A DNA stretch of 64,000 nt, taken from assembly GCA_963722255.1 (NCBI GenBank), contig CAVRJO010000001.1, positions 416,001 to 480,000 on the forward strand, in the 5' to 3' direction. Source of the DNA: Candidatus Babeliales bacterium (GTDB lineage Bacteria > Babelota > Babeliae > Babelales > JANWKD01). The notes under the pieces were generated by a model that was not told where the DNA came from, searched no databases, and saw only the letters and a program-made list of their open reading frames with translations. Of the stretch, positions 30,432-40,763 are shown piece after piece (position 1 is the first letter of the stretch; every line of letters starts with the position of its first letter). A program made the translations under genes and the position numbers.

Positions 30432-31961
30432 ATGAAGAATTTACCACGAGATCTCAGTACCTTTAGTACCTTAATTACCAATAATTATGTTTATGTTGAT
30501 AAAACAGAACATATTTATAACTTGTATGCCACGGGTGATAGGTACCATTTTCTATCACGACCTCGTCGCTTTGGTAAATCACTTCTTATTTCAACGCTCA
30601 AAGAACTTTTTGAAGGGAATAAAGCCCTTTTTGAAAATTTGTGGATTAGTAATTCTGACTATGATTGGCAAAAATATCCCATAGTGCATCTTGATTTTGC
30701 TGCAATAGCGCAAAGAACTCCTCATGATGTAAGTAGCAGCCTTAATTACCATCTTGATGCAATTGCACATTCATATAGCCTCTCAGTTGAAGAGTGCAAA
30801 CTTCCTGAAGAAAAACTTGTTGCACTCGTTACAAAACTGGCACACTTTAATAAGGTAGTAATTCTTATTGATGAGTACAATTATCCTCTTTTAAGCCATT
30901 TAGCAACAGTAAAATTAGCTTCAGAACAAGAAAAGGTTCTCAAAAATTTTTATGGTGTTCTCAAAAGCCTTGATGCTCATTTGCGTGCTCTTTTTATTAC
31001 AGGGGTCAGCAAATTTTCTAAATCAACTATTTTTTCTGGCATCAATAATCTTATTGATCTTGGTATTAGTAGCAAAACAGCATGCCTGCTTGGCTTTACT
31101 GACCAAGAAATTAAACAGTATTTTCATGACCATATTGCTGCCTTTGCTCAAGCAAAAAAAAGAACACAGGCTTCAATCATCGCAGAAATGAAACGCTACT
31201 ACAATGGATATCGTTTCAGCCAAAATCCTATAACTGTCCACAATCCCTTTGGTGTTCTTTATTATTTGAAAGAACAAGAACTTAGAAACTACTGGTATGA
31301 ATCGGGCACACCGCTTATACTGGTAAATCTTCTTGATAAACAGCTTACAAGCCTTGAAACCATCGGACGAGTCGAATTTGAAGCAGAAACGCTTGATGCT
31401 TTTGATATGAGCAATATTCCTCTCATTATTCTTCTCTTACAAACAGGGTATTTAACCATTAAAGAATATGATCAAAAAACGAATAAATTTATTCTTGATT
31501 ACCCTAATGATTTTGTAGAAGAATCATTTAAAAAAAATGTTATTGAAGCACTTGCACATTCAAATAGTGTTACTATTGAACAATCCATTACGCTGTGCAG
31601 AGAAGCTTTTACCACTAACAATCTGGAAAAACTTAAAGATGCTTTGCATAATCTTCTTATTTACCTTCAATCGCCACTTTCGTTAGAGCCTAAAGATTTT
31701 TTTTATATCCTGTTTACTTTTCTTTTTTCATTACTTGATACAAGCATCACTAGTATAATTGTTAAATACAAGGATCATTTATTTCTTTCATTGACAACCG
31801 ATACTTTTTTCTATGAAGCAATTATATATTACACAAGACCCACGGCAGAAATACAAAAACCAGCGCAATCGCCCTATGCTAACTCAAACAAAACCTATGT
31901 ACGGTTTACTCTAACTATTAGCCAAACTCCTACAGGAGTCGCTATTGATTATACTCTATGA
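30432..31961 (+). CDS. Third AAA-ATPase-like paralogue; C-terminal nuclease motifs not recognisable
   Basis: YVDKT, RPRRFGKSL, LIDEY, YNGY present; no GRID/ELK motif. Confidence 0.85.
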   Translation: MKNLPRDLSTFSTLITNNYVYVDKTEHIYNLYATGDRYHFLSRPRRFGKSLLISTLKELFEGNKALFENLWISNSDYDWQKYPIVHLDFAAIAQRTPHDVSSSLNYHLDAIAHSYSLSVEECKLPEEKLVALVTKLAHFNKVVILIDEYNYPLLSHLATVKLASEQEKVLKNFYGVLKSLDAHLRALFITGVSKFSKSTIFSGINNLIDLGISSKTACLLGFTDQEIKQYFHDHIAAFAQAKKRTQASIIAEMKRYYNGYRFSQNPITVHNPFGVLYYLKEQELRNYWYESGTPLILVNLLDKQLTSLETIGRVEFEAETLDAFDMSNIPLIILLLQTGYLTIKEYDQKTNKFILDYPNDFVEESFKKNVIEALAHSNSVTIEQSITLCREAFTTNNLEKLKDALHNLLIYLQSPLSLEPKDFFYILFTFLFSLLDTSITSIIVKYKDHLFLSLTTDTFFYEAIIYYTRPTAEIQKPAQSPYANSNKTYVRFTLTISQTPTGVAIDYTL

Positions 31962-32032
31962 TGCAATTCCCGGTGAGTTTTTCAATGCCTCTTTACATCA
32001 TATGAAGGATCGAAATTCACTGGTGTTAAGAC

Positions 32033-32380
32033 TTAATTATAAAGATTCTTCGTACGTATTACGTTATTTATTGCCTCTCTGCATTCTTCACATTTAACAT
32101 AGCACATCTTTATTTTTGCTAGTTCTTGCATTGATACAGTATGAGGACCTCCCTGAAGCTCAATCAAGCTATTAATATAATCAGGACTTCCTCTTACAAG
32201 CTTTTTACACCCCTTTTGACAACCATGCATGGCAATAATATTTGAAAAAATCCTTGTACAATGAGGATAATCAAGCAATGGAGAAGTTTTTACATCCAGT
32301 TCATACATCATTGCATAACCAACAGAAGCATACATAAACAAAATACAATAAATTCCTTTAATAATAATTCTTATTTCCAT
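32033..32380 (-). CDS. Small exported Cys-containing hypothetical protein (signal peptide then A|MMYE)
   Basis: AAGGA RBS before ATG 32380. Confidence 0.6.
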   Translation of the reverse strand: MEIRIIIKGIYCILFMYASVGYAMMYELDVKTSPLLDYPHCTRIFSNIIAMHGCQKGCKKLVRGSPDYINSLIELQGGPHTVSMQELAKIKMCYVKCEECREAINNVIRTKNLYN

Positions 32381-32551
32381 ATAAATCCTTTTTTGCATAC
32401 AATGTGCCATTATGTATGACTGTACCAAAATGAATCATCTCAAACAATAGTAGAACTAAATACCTTTAAAAAAAATCAATTGAGATTATCAGAGTTTTTG
32501 GCTATACTAATAACTCAAATCTGTTATAACACTCTTTAGTGTATCATTTTC

Positions 32552-32628
32552 GTGCCCGTAGCTCAGTTGGATAGAGCAACGGATTTCTAATCCGTAGGTC
32601 ATAGGTTCGAATCCTATCGGGCACACCA
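32552..32628 (+). tRNA. tRNA-Arg(UCU)
   Basis: Acceptor stem GTGCCCG/CGGGCAC, anticodon arm ACGGA-TTTCTAA-TCCGT, GTTCGAATC T-loop, encoded CCA. Confidence 0.97.
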
Positions 32629-34083
32629 ATTTCTAGTTTTTACAGATTCAAGTATCATACCAAACACCGGATGTAGCTCTAGATCGAGGTTTCCATCTTT
32701 GAATGTACAGTTCGATAGTAAAGCCTCTAAGACTCTTCGTTTTTTCTCTGGATTTCCATTTTTAAACCACAGAGCGGCATTTTTGGCGAGTTCTAAAATA
32801 AAATAGGCATTTTCAAGATAATGGCCATCGGCCCTTTGTGCAGAAACAAGCTTCAAACTGAACTCTTCTTTTTCTGCGATCCATTGCCTAGTATGTTTTT
32901 GCCAAAACTCCTCACTAATTTTGCCATCAAGTTTATCAAGGTAGGCCTGATCAACTCTTTTTTGTAGAAGCTTAATCTGTTTTTCAAGCTCCCCTACCAA
33001 GTTATTATGATATTCGATCTTATCTTTGAAACTTTCACGCATAGCTTCCAAGACAATTTCTTGGACTTCATCAGTGATATTTATTTGGCCTAACAATGCT
33101 TCAAATTGCGCCTCTAAAGACTCTTGTCTAATATAACCCTGCTTGCAATTGCCCTTATAGCCAGTGCAATGATAGTAGATGTATTTGTTTTTCTTTAATT
33201 CAGCGGTCAATGAGCATCCACAAACTCCACAACTAATGAGATTAGTGTAAGGGAACATGCCTTTTTTTGATTTGCTTTTGCGTGGATTAATAAGAACGTT
33301 TTGGACTCGTTGAAATAGCTCTGGGCTAATTAATGGCTCATGTGAAGCGTTTTCATATTTTTTACCATTCCAATAGAATACGCCCGTATAAAATTCGTTT
33401 TTAAAAATAGTTTCTATCTTGCTGGTATAAAAATTTTTTCCATTTCTATACACCATACCATCAGCCAACATTTTCTTACGCAGAGCCAATAAGGAGTATG
33501 CTCCTGTTGCATACAATTCAAACATTTTTTTAACAAACGGAGCAGCATGAGGATCAACTCTTATCATGCTTTTTCCACTCTCACGTACGTTTAAATATCC
33601 ATATGGAGCGGATGATGGGTAAGTACCTTGAGAAGCTTTCTCGGTCATACCTTTTTTTACTTCTTCTGATAAGTTATCAACATAGTTTTTAGCCATTAAA
33701 GCTCTGATTCCAAAGACAAATTTTTCATTTGAGCGAGAATCCTTACTTAGTATCACATTTTCTTTTACAAGATGAATTGTTATACCTGAATAGATAATAA
33801 GTTCTTCAAGAAGAGCATAATCAGATATGTTTCTCAGTAAGCGATCTGTTTTTTCCACTAAAAGATGCTTAACGCTTTTATCTTCTTCAAGATATTTTAT
33901 CATCTTGTTAAATTGCGTTCGGCCTGCCTTTTTTGCCGTCTCGACATCAATAAACTCTTCAACGATTCTAAAGTTGTTTTTTGAAGCATACTCTTTTAAT
34001 AGCTTTAGCTGGGCAGGAATGGAAAAGCCTTCGTTTTCTTGGTCTTTTGATGATACTCGAGCATAGATGATAGCTTTATTCAT
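32614..34083 (-). CDS. Large serine recombinase (integrase)
   Basis: YARVSS catalytic motif, DRLLRN, APYGY, HEPLIS, Zn ribbon CGVCG...YYHC; last codons and stop lie within the tRNA. Confidence 0.95.
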   Translation of the reverse strand: MNKAIIYARVSSKDQENEGFSIPAQLKLLKEYASKNNFRIVEEFIDVETAKKAGRTQFNKMIKYLEEDKSVKHLLVEKTDRLLRNISDYALLEELIIYSGITIHLVKENVILSKDSRSNEKFVFGIRALMAKNYVDNLSEEVKKGMTEKASQGTYPSSAPYGYLNVRESGKSMIRVDPHAAPFVKKMFELYATGAYSLLALRKKMLADGMVYRNGKNFYTSKIETIFKNEFYTGVFYWNGKKYENASHEPLISPELFQRVQNVLINPRKSKSKKGMFPYTNLISCGVCGCSLTAELKKNKYIYYHCTGYKGNCKQGYIRQESLEAQFEALLGQINITDEVQEIVLEAMRESFKDKIEYHNNLVGELEKQIKLLQKRVDQAYLDKLDGKISEEFWQKHTRQWIAEKEEFSLKLVSAQRADGHYLENAYFILELAKNAALWFKNGNPEKKRRVLEALLSNCTFKDGNLDLELHPVFGMILESVKTRNWCAR

Positions 34084-34092
34084 GTTTATAAT

Positions 34093-34452
34093 CTAATTAT
34101 TATAGTAGCTTTCAAGACCAATTTTTCTTTTGAACCATATCCACCAGGTTGTATTTTTATTATTACGTTTTTCTTCTGGTTTATATGTATAGGTATCGTT
34201 TTGACCATCACAATAACCGATGGGCTTAAAATAAATTATTTTTTCAGAAGTCCCCGTGAAATGCTTATAACCATCATAGCTATCTGTTACCCAAGCTTCA
34301 CCTGTTTGTTGATCAATAACTACAGAACCAGTAGAACTAAAACTTGCAACCTGGTATTTATTATGACTTTGGTTCATAACAAGAAATAAAATAAAAATAA
34401 CTAGAACTGTAGCCCAATTGATACTATCGATATTATCCATTTTCATCCTCAT
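34093..34452 (-). CDS. Hypothetical membrane-anchored protein
   Basis: N-terminal TM; coupled to the upstream ORF. Confidence 0.65.
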   Translation of the reverse strand: MRMKMDNIDSINWATVLVIFILFLVMNQSHNKYQVASFSSTGSVVIDQQTGEAWVTDSYDGYKHFTGTSEKIIYFKPIGYCDGQNDTYTYKPEEKRNNKNTTWWIWFKRKIGLESYYNN

Positions 34453-34715
34453 TTGCTTCTTGCATATGGATTAACAAACTTATATCCATTGCTTGGCTTA
34501 AAATGGCCTCGTGTAGTTTTTGTTTTAATGCGACCATTTACGCTACTTTTTTGACCAAATCCAACATAAGGGGCTTTTGTAGTATAGCCCTTATTGACTT
34601 TGAATGATGACCTTCTAGCAGCATGTATTTCAATAATGCAGATGCATGTAATAACAAAAAAAATCGGGTTAACAAACCTCTTCATTTTAATCCTATCAAT
34701 TAGATTGTTGAACAA
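34449..34715 (-). CDS. Small exported basic hypothetical protein
   Basis: Signal peptide, G.FK..NG..FV.PY.RS tail. Confidence 0.6.
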   Translation of the reverse strand: MFNNLIDRIKMKRFVNPIFFVITCICIIEIHAARRSSFKVNKGYTTKAPYVGFGQKSSVNGRIKTKTTRGHFKPSNGYKFVNPYARSK

Positions 34716-34730
34716 ATTTCATGCCCATTG

Positions 34731-34928
34731 CTACTCAACATCTTCTTGTGAACTTTTCCTAAATTCTTTCTCATAAAGTAACCGAATCCCCTCACAAAAC
34801 AAGGTAGATTTATCGGTTTTATTGCGATTTCTAAGCCGCTTAATGAATACCTCATTTAACAAAGTTTCATCTTCCTCTGACATATAAACAGTAGTTTTCA
34901 TTTTTTTAAGTAATTCTGATTCTTGCAT
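34731..34928 (-). CDS. Ribbon-helix-helix (CopG-like) regulator
   Basis: KTTVYMSEE...L...DKSTLFCEGIRLL pattern. Confidence 0.65.
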   Translation of the reverse strand: MQESELLKKMKTTVYMSEEDETLLNEVFIKRLRNRNKTDKSTLFCEGIRLLYEKEFRKSSQEDVE

Positions 34929-35143
34929 GTTATTTTCCTGATAAAAGTAAATTTTACTAGGTTAAATATACTTAAAATCCAACGATGCGTCAAGCCACTG
35001 CGCCACCATAAATCCATAACCATTTGACGGCATTTTTCTAAATGATACGATTAATATAAAACACTATTGATTTATAACAATCTAATACATAATTAATATT
35101 TACAATTTGTCGTTATTATTTGCAGCCTTATATGAAGGATATT

Positions 35144-35932
35144 ATGAAAAAACTATTAATTATTGGAATAATTTTTGTGGCAATCTCGAGTACATCATTT
35201 ATTTTGCTAAAATATGTCGCTCAAATAGATACACAATCCTCAAAATATAATATCGATAATAATGAGTTCATCTTTACAAAAGAAGAAGAAAAAGCTCTTT
35301 CACAAAAAAAATATGATTCAATGGATGATTTAATAGTAGATGCGCATTATGGCAATCCTGGAGCTCTATGGATGTTGGGTATGAGCATGCTTACAGGTAG
35401 TGCTGGTTTTCATTTAGATACAGAATCAGCAAATAGTTATTTTGCTCAATCAGCCTCTCTTGGTTTTGCTCCATCTATCAATCAGGTCCACTTCATGTAT
35501 TTAATCGATCTTGAAAATCCTTTTCTCGCCCTTATTTATCTTAACCTTACAGTATCTAGCGGTCATATTGAACTTGCAGGCTATTATAGTAAACTTCGAG
35601 CTGAATTCATAAAAATATATGGGCTAAATACTATGAATGAAATCGAAAAAATAGCGATACACAAAAAAACATTAATTTCTAAATTCTGCAAAAAAATTCA
35701 AGATGATCCATCAAAGTTTATATATCTTACGATGTCTGAATCTGACGGTCTTATAGGAGAAGATGTTCTTTTTGATATGAATTATTGGGAAGGCATAAGA
35801 AATGGCAGCATTGTTACGGGAAATTTAGAAGATTGGCTTAGAATGCCTGATAACTATTGCCTCAAAATTGAAAGGCTCGCTCAAAAAGCAAATCGCAATA
35901 TTGGAAGATTTGCATCATATGTTGATAATTAA
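35144..35932 (+). CDS. Membrane-anchored Sel1-like repeat protein
   Basis: AHYGNPGALWMLG...ANSYFAQSASLGF; AAGGA RBS before ATG 35144. Confidence 0.65.
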   Translation: MKKLLIIGIIFVAISSTSFILLKYVAQIDTQSSKYNIDNNEFIFTKEEEKALSQKKYDSMDDLIVDAHYGNPGALWMLGMSMLTGSAGFHLDTESANSYFAQSASLGFAPSINQVHFMYLIDLENPFLALIYLNLTVSSGHIELAGYYSKLRAEFIKIYGLNTMNEIEKIAIHKKTLISKFCKKIQDDPSKFIYLTMSESDGLIGEDVLFDMNYWEGIRNGSIVTGNLEDWLRMPDNYCLKIERLAQKANRNIGRFASYVDN

Positions 35933-35933
35933 T

Positions 35934-36257
35934 ATGAAAAATATTACTAAATCATGTTTATTTATAGTACTTATCTCTGTGTTAACAATGTTCATTAAGC
36001 GTTCTAATGAAAATTGCTATGACGATAATTTCATTCCTTATGGAATAAAGGCTTTTGATGTTTTTGTTTACAATACTAAGACAGACAAAGAATATTTCGC
36101 TGGTAGTATTGGAACAGATTACACTAACTCTCAAATGAGCCTAAGTAATGCCCAAAGTTTAGCATACGATTTTGCAGAAGCTCATCACCTGAAGAATTGG
36201 GACTATCTTTGTTGCACAGTAACTAATTCATCAAATTGTGTTACAAAAGTTAAGTAG
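35934..36257 (+). CDS. Hypothetical protein with N-terminal anchor
   Basis: ATG 35934 directly after the upstream stop; Cys-rich C-terminus. Confidence 0.6.
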   Translation: MKNITKSCLFIVLISVLTMFIKRSNENCYDDNFIPYGIKAFDVFVYNTKTDKEYFAGSIGTDYTNSQMSLSNAQSLAYDFAEAHHLKNWDYLCCTVTNSSNCVTKVK

Positions 36258-36466
36258 GTATAGATTAACCATAAATGGAGGCGATAAATTTATGAATAGC
36301 AATAAAGCTTTCTCTTTTCGGAGTTATTATGAATAAAGTTATAAAAACATTTCTTTATATAGTATTCTGGCCATATTTGATTTATAAAATAATTGATAAA
36401 TTTGATTTATAATTATTTATCTGTTTTTGCGTTTGCTTAGATATTTCGATAAAAGGAAAAATAGCA

Positions 36467-37096
36467 ATGACCCACTGGGGCTGGTACTGGAAAATTAAAC
36501 GTAAGCATGAACCAAAAGCATTATGTAATTCGTGGCACTTTAATGAAATTGATTCATTTCGAATGTTTAAGAACAAAAGATTAATTCAACTGATTAAAGA
36601 AAGCAGCGACCGTACTAGTTTTGAAATTCCATCATATAACCTCAAAGCAACACTACTAGATAATGATAGTTTGAATGTAACGTATAATAATGGTTCTTAT
36701 GTTATTCCCACAGAAAAAAAGCCTTGCAATTATGGTGGGTATTATTACTTTTTTCATTGCCCCAAATGCGAAAAAAGAATGCGGAAATTATATTGTATGC
36801 AAGGAGAGTATCTTTGTCGGAAATGCTTAAATCTTGGTTACCTTACACAGCGTCTTAGTGCTTCAAATCGATCGCTATTAATGGCAGGCAAAATCAAAAT
36901 GATACTAGAAAACAAAAGTGGTTCTCTTGATAGAAAACCACCTTGGATGAAGAGAAAAACATTCAAAAATCTAAAAGATAAGCACTTTGAATATTATGAA
37001 ATTAAATTTGTAAGAGCACTGCGTGATGAGCTTATCATGTATTATCCAAAACAAAGTGCATTGATTGGATTATACTCCATTCCCCCCTTCAATTAG
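36467..37096 (+). CDS. Hypothetical Zn-ribbon protein
   Basis: YFFHCPKC...LY...YLCRKCLNLGY...KPPWM. Confidence 0.7.
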   Translation: MTHWGWYWKIKRKHEPKALCNSWHFNEIDSFRMFKNKRLIQLIKESSDRTSFEIPSYNLKATLLDNDSLNVTYNNGSYVIPTEKKPCNYGGYYYFFHCPKCEKRMRKLYCMQGEYLCRKCLNLGYLTQRLSASNRSLLMAGKIKMILENKSGSLDRKPPWMKRKTFKNLKDKHFEYYEIKFVRALRDELIMYYPKQSALIGLYSIPPFN

Positions 37097-38296
37097 TCTC
37101 TTCATTAATCTTAAACCATTTTGCAATTCACCTGTTTTAGCGCGGAGTGAATTTGGCCCTAAGCTGATTTCATTTACAAGATCTTCATAAACAAACCTAC
37201 TTACTGTCCGTTCGCTGATGTAATGTTGTATAAAATTAATTAACGCCTGTTCTTCTTCGCTCCATTCAGGCTTTATTAAGTGTAAATTATTTTGTATTTG
37301 TGTTGGTAACTTTTCTATAATCCAAGCTCTAAGATCTAGTCCTTGTTCTATTGCTTCCCCAATATCTTTACCGATGATAGTAGGATATCTTTGTGCGTGA
37401 GAATAAAGCTGCTTCCATTTATCAAACATGCTATTTCCGGCATCGTCATTATCATGACAAATAAGCAAAACAGTTTTATTACGAGCCAAATGATCAGTTA
37501 CAGGATCAGGTTTTTTGGTACAGCCACCGACAGCTACAATAACGGCAAAATCACCTACAGAATGATGTAATGCATATGCATCGAGTTCAGACTCAACAAC
37601 AACCATTACGGGATGTTTTTTATTGCCAATTATATTAAGGCCATTCATGCTTTCCGATATAGCAACATACTTGGGCAATTCGTCATTTATTTTCCAATCC
37701 CTACGTCGAATTTTTAACCGAATAACCTGATCTTCCTGTTCAATGGTTGGTATAACTATTCCAGCAGGTAACCAGATGTCTTTTTTTAGGCCCCAATCAG
37801 ATCCATACAAGCTTTTGTTTTCAGTAAGCCCCCCTATTTTATATTTTTTGATTGCCTCAATAGGCAAGCCACGCTTATTTAGCACCTGCAAAATATCTTC
37901 TTGCGATAGCATGATCTCATGTGCTTCTTGTACAATCCCCCATGCCTGTTGCATCCAACCATTTGAAGGTTTATTAAGCGTCATAATTGGACTTTCATTT
38001 TTTTTAGTTATAAAAATAGCCGATTTTTGGTCAAGAAGTTTGGCGCCGACATATTCAGCAGCTTCTTTAAAGGAATAACCAAGAAATTCAATACAAAATT
38101 GTATAGAATCACCTCGAGCATCACACTGACGACAAAAATAATAACCGATACAATTCTTTTGTTGCTTGTTCGGTTGAATAACAAAGCGATCTTTACCTCC
38201 GCATTCGGGACAGGAAGAATGGTATTCTCCGCCTTGTGTTGTTGCCACCCATTTAGCCACAATACCTATTCTTTTAACAAGCTCGATTAAAACCAT
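37070..38296 (-). CDS. DnaG-like primase (Zn ribbon plus TOPRIM)
   Basis: CPECGGKDRF...CRQC, VVESELDA, CHDNDDAG, KDIGEA. Confidence 0.85.
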   Translation of the reverse strand: MVLIELVKRIGIVAKWVATTQGGEYHSSCPECGGKDRFVIQPNKQQKNCIGYYFCRQCDARGDSIQFCIEFLGYSFKEAAEYVGAKLLDQKSAIFITKKNESPIMTLNKPSNGWMQQAWGIVQEAHEIMLSQEDILQVLNKRGLPIEAIKKYKIGGLTENKSLYGSDWGLKKDIWLPAGIVIPTIEQEDQVIRLKIRRRDWKINDELPKYVAISESMNGLNIIGNKKHPVMVVVESELDAYALHHSVGDFAVIVAVGGCTKKPDPVTDHLARNKTVLLICHDNDDAGNSMFDKWKQLYSHAQRYPTIIGKDIGEAIEQGLDLRAWIIEKLPTQIQNNLHLIKPEWSEEEQALINFIQHYISERTVSRFVYEDLVNEISLGPNSLRAKTGELQNGLRLMKRLIEGGNGV

Positions 38297-38328
38297 AAAC
38301 TACCTACATGTTATTAATTACCCGAATC

Positions 38329-38562
38329 TGCCCAGATGATGTCCAAGCACAAGACACACCAAAAAGCTGATCCAATCAAACATGTCCATATGGTCCATAC
38401 TTACCATCATCATTCTTATTGTTAAATTTCTTTTTGTTTTTACAGGTATTTCTTTTATGTTTTTTGCACAGATAAAATAATGCATGGTCAGTATGGCCGT
38501 CATGGACATAGCCTTTTCAATAGGGGATTTTTACATTTTTAAATCATGGACACAATTGGCCA
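38329..38562. other. Putative replication origin of the element
   Basis: Inverted arrays of TGTCCA-like and TGGACA-like motifs at 9-bp spacing around an AT-rich core. Confidence 0.5.
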
Positions 38563-38564
38563 CA

Positions 38565-40175
38565 CTACAGTTCATCATTAGAGTTATAGGTGTCATTCCA
38601 AATCCTTTCTGTTTCTTTGAACGCCTTACAAAATTCCTTGCGAGTTTGCTCTAGGGATGGAAATATATATTCTCTCACACGCCTGCATTGTATGCTTCTG
38701 CGAGTTTCAGATGTCGATGGGATAAGCTTTTTAAGGGTCATACCAAATTGATTATTTGATTCTGCTTTATGGCCATTGATTCGACACCACGCAACATAAT
38801 CATCGTAAACATCTTTTTTTGGAATTTGTGATTGCCAGACGCCACTTCCAATATTATTATTTTGTCTATTATCATCATCAATCATTCCAATATAGAAACT
38901 ACCATCAAGTAGAGCTTCATAAATATACATCTCAGCAGAAGTTGAACTGCGAAGTTTTATATCAAATGCAGCATCACTAGCAGGTATTTTGCGTGGGTCA
39001 AAATCCGTTAAATCTTCATTAAGTAAATCATAAAGGAGAGCCTCATAACCGCCATCTGTAAGCTGGGTATCTAAAGCCTTAAAATACTCATGATCTTCTT
39101 TACGCTCTTCTGATACACGTAAGACAAAAAAACGTCTATCATCTCGATCAAGGTGAACAGGCCAGTCTTCATTACTGCTCATAATCACATGCTTATAGTT
39201 TCTTACCAAAATTCTGTCTTTACCTTTTGCTTCTATAAGACATGTCTCCTCAGTTATCATCGCTTTAAGAATACCTATCTCTTTTCTATGACCACCCCAA
39301 AATGATTCATTAGCATGAATAAGAACTGCATTTTTTAGATGAAAATTAAAATGCGAAACAAGCTCATATACGTTGCCTAAAGGCGCATAGTGTAGCCCTA
39401 ATAAAACCCCCAATGGATTAACAAAACTGTTTTTACCAACCCCTTGTGTTCCACAAAGCACTAATGCTGTATGCACCCTATCAGGATGCTGAAATATGTA
39501 AGCAAGCCATTTGCGCAAATACAAATAATTACTCGGGTTTTTGGCACATATATTATCGCTAACATGATCCCAATAAAGTGAAGCTGATCCCTGTTTTGGT
39601 TCTTTTGCAAAACCTTTCCATATATTATAAAGACCTTTTGCCTCAATAATTTTTGGATCAGTTGCCGGATCGAAAGTAATGTTTATGTATTCTCGCCTAG
39701 ACGAACTTTTAAGCCAAATCTCTGCTTTAGTCTTCATCTTACCATCGGGACAGCTTACTTGTTTGTTTTCATACTGACTTTTAAAAGATGCCTTACTTTC
39801 AAGAACGAAGTTTTTTCCACCAAAATTAAAATCTTCTTTTTCTGTAAGGATATAAAACTGATCGGTGTGCATTACTGCATGTTTTTGATTAAGTTCATTA
39901 ACAACGTCATCTTCAATCCAAAGAATAGATCGTTCTTCTTCAAGACTACGAAAAGCATTCTGCAACATGATAATGTTCGATGCTTCTGCTTGCCCAATAT
40001 CATCTTCGATTTCTATTGCTAAAAAATCTTTAATTGATTGAGCACCATATCCTATTGCAGCTTTTTCTTCACATAGCTTCTTTTCTTTTTCAAACCATGC
40101 ATCTTTGAGAGCGTCAACATCAATTTTTGGTAAACGCGCTTTTGTATCGTGTCTTTTTGTGGTATCATCGTACAT
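38565..40175 (-). CDS. SF3-type (DUF5906-like) primase-associated helicase
   Basis: Walker A GTQGVGKN, HANE, IEAKG, MSSN, DDRRFFVL, C-terminal winged-helix-like region. Confidence 0.85.
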   Translation of the reverse strand: MYDDTTKRHDTKARLPKIDVDALKDAWFEKEKKLCEEKAAIGYGAQSIKDFLAIEIEDDIGQAEASNIIMLQNAFRSLEEERSILWIEDDVVNELNQKHAVMHTDQFYILTEKEDFNFGGKNFVLESKASFKSQYENKQVSCPDGKMKTKAEIWLKSSSRREYINITFDPATDPKIIEAKGLYNIWKGFAKEPKQGSASLYWDHVSDNICAKNPSNYLYLRKWLAYIFQHPDRVHTALVLCGTQGVGKNSFVNPLGVLLGLHYAPLGNVYELVSHFNFHLKNAVLIHANESFWGGHRKEIGILKAMITEETCLIEAKGKDRILVRNYKHVIMSSNEDWPVHLDRDDRRFFVLRVSEERKEDHEYFKALDTQLTDGGYEALLYDLLNEDLTDFDPRKIPASDAAFDIKLRSSTSAEMYIYEALLDGSFYIGMIDDDNRQNNNIGSGVWQSQIPKKDVYDDYVAWCRINGHKAESNNQFGMTLKKLIPSTSETRRSIQCRRVREYIFPSLEQTRKEFCKAFKETERIWNDTYNSNDEL

Positions 40176-40195
40176 ATAAAGTCCTCTACTTATTT

Positions 40196-40230
40196 AAAAA
40201 GTCACAGGTTGGAACTATGTGACTTTTTTT
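40196..40230. terminator. Intrinsic terminator after the spoVG-like gene
   Basis: AAAAAGTCACA...TGTGACTTTTT with A/T tails on both sides. Confidence 0.7.
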
Positions 40231-40235
40231 ATTGG

Positions 40236-40505
40236 TTATTCAGTTTTTTGCATTACTTCTTCAAATTTTTTAGTTACCGCTTGTTCTATTTGAGTAGCTA
40301 TTTCTTTGTTTATTGGATAAAAAAAATTCAAATTATTTCGAGTATTTTTACGCATGGGATACGTTAGTCGATACCCACCCGATGGCCGTGTAAATATTCC
40401 TATCGAACCCAAATAAACGGCATCTTCAAGAACAAAGCTTGCAAAGCCAACAAGCCCGTTATGGGACTCAACGGGAACAATTTGAATTTCATTTATTTGT
40501 ATCAT
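40236..40505 (-). CDS. SpoVG-family nucleic-acid-binding protein
   Basis: GLVGFASFVLE..VYL.SIGI...YPMRK...FFYPINKE..QIEQAV. Confidence 0.8.
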   Translation of the reverse strand: MIQINEIQIVPVESHNGLVGFASFVLEDAVYLGSIGIFTRPSGGYRLTYPMRKNTRNNLNFFYPINKEIATQIEQAVTKKFEEVMQKTE

Positions 40506-40653
40506 TAGTTTTCCCCTTTCTTATATCCTCTTTCGGACGAAGGTCCATAACCGCTGCAAAAAAACCTACAAGCTGCTTACGCTCATCAGATGATAAGGGC
40601 CCAGGTTCTCTTGATTGAATATGTATTGTCATGGTTATTTTTTTTTCTTTCAT
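40489..40653 (-). CDS. 54-aa hypothetical protein, not in the ORF track
   Basis: MKEKKITMTIHIQSREPGPLSSDERKQLVGFFAAVMDLRPKEDIRKGKTNDTNK*, overlapping the spoVG start. Confidence 0.5.
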   Translation of the reverse strand: MKEKKITMTIHIQSREPGPLSSDERKQLVGFFAAVMDLRPKEDIRKGKTNDTNK

Positions 40654-40763
40654 AGAAACGAGTCTACGAAATGATTTGGGGTGCCGCTGGGGCGCCCCGT
40701 GAGGCTTATGTAATTAACAAAAACGGTGAATTAAAAAAGAAAAGTTCTTAATGAAGTAAATGA

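Noticed and set aside
38318..38509. 63-aa ORF between primase and helicase
   Set aside because: Its MDHMDM periodicity is explained by the 9-bp DNA motifs
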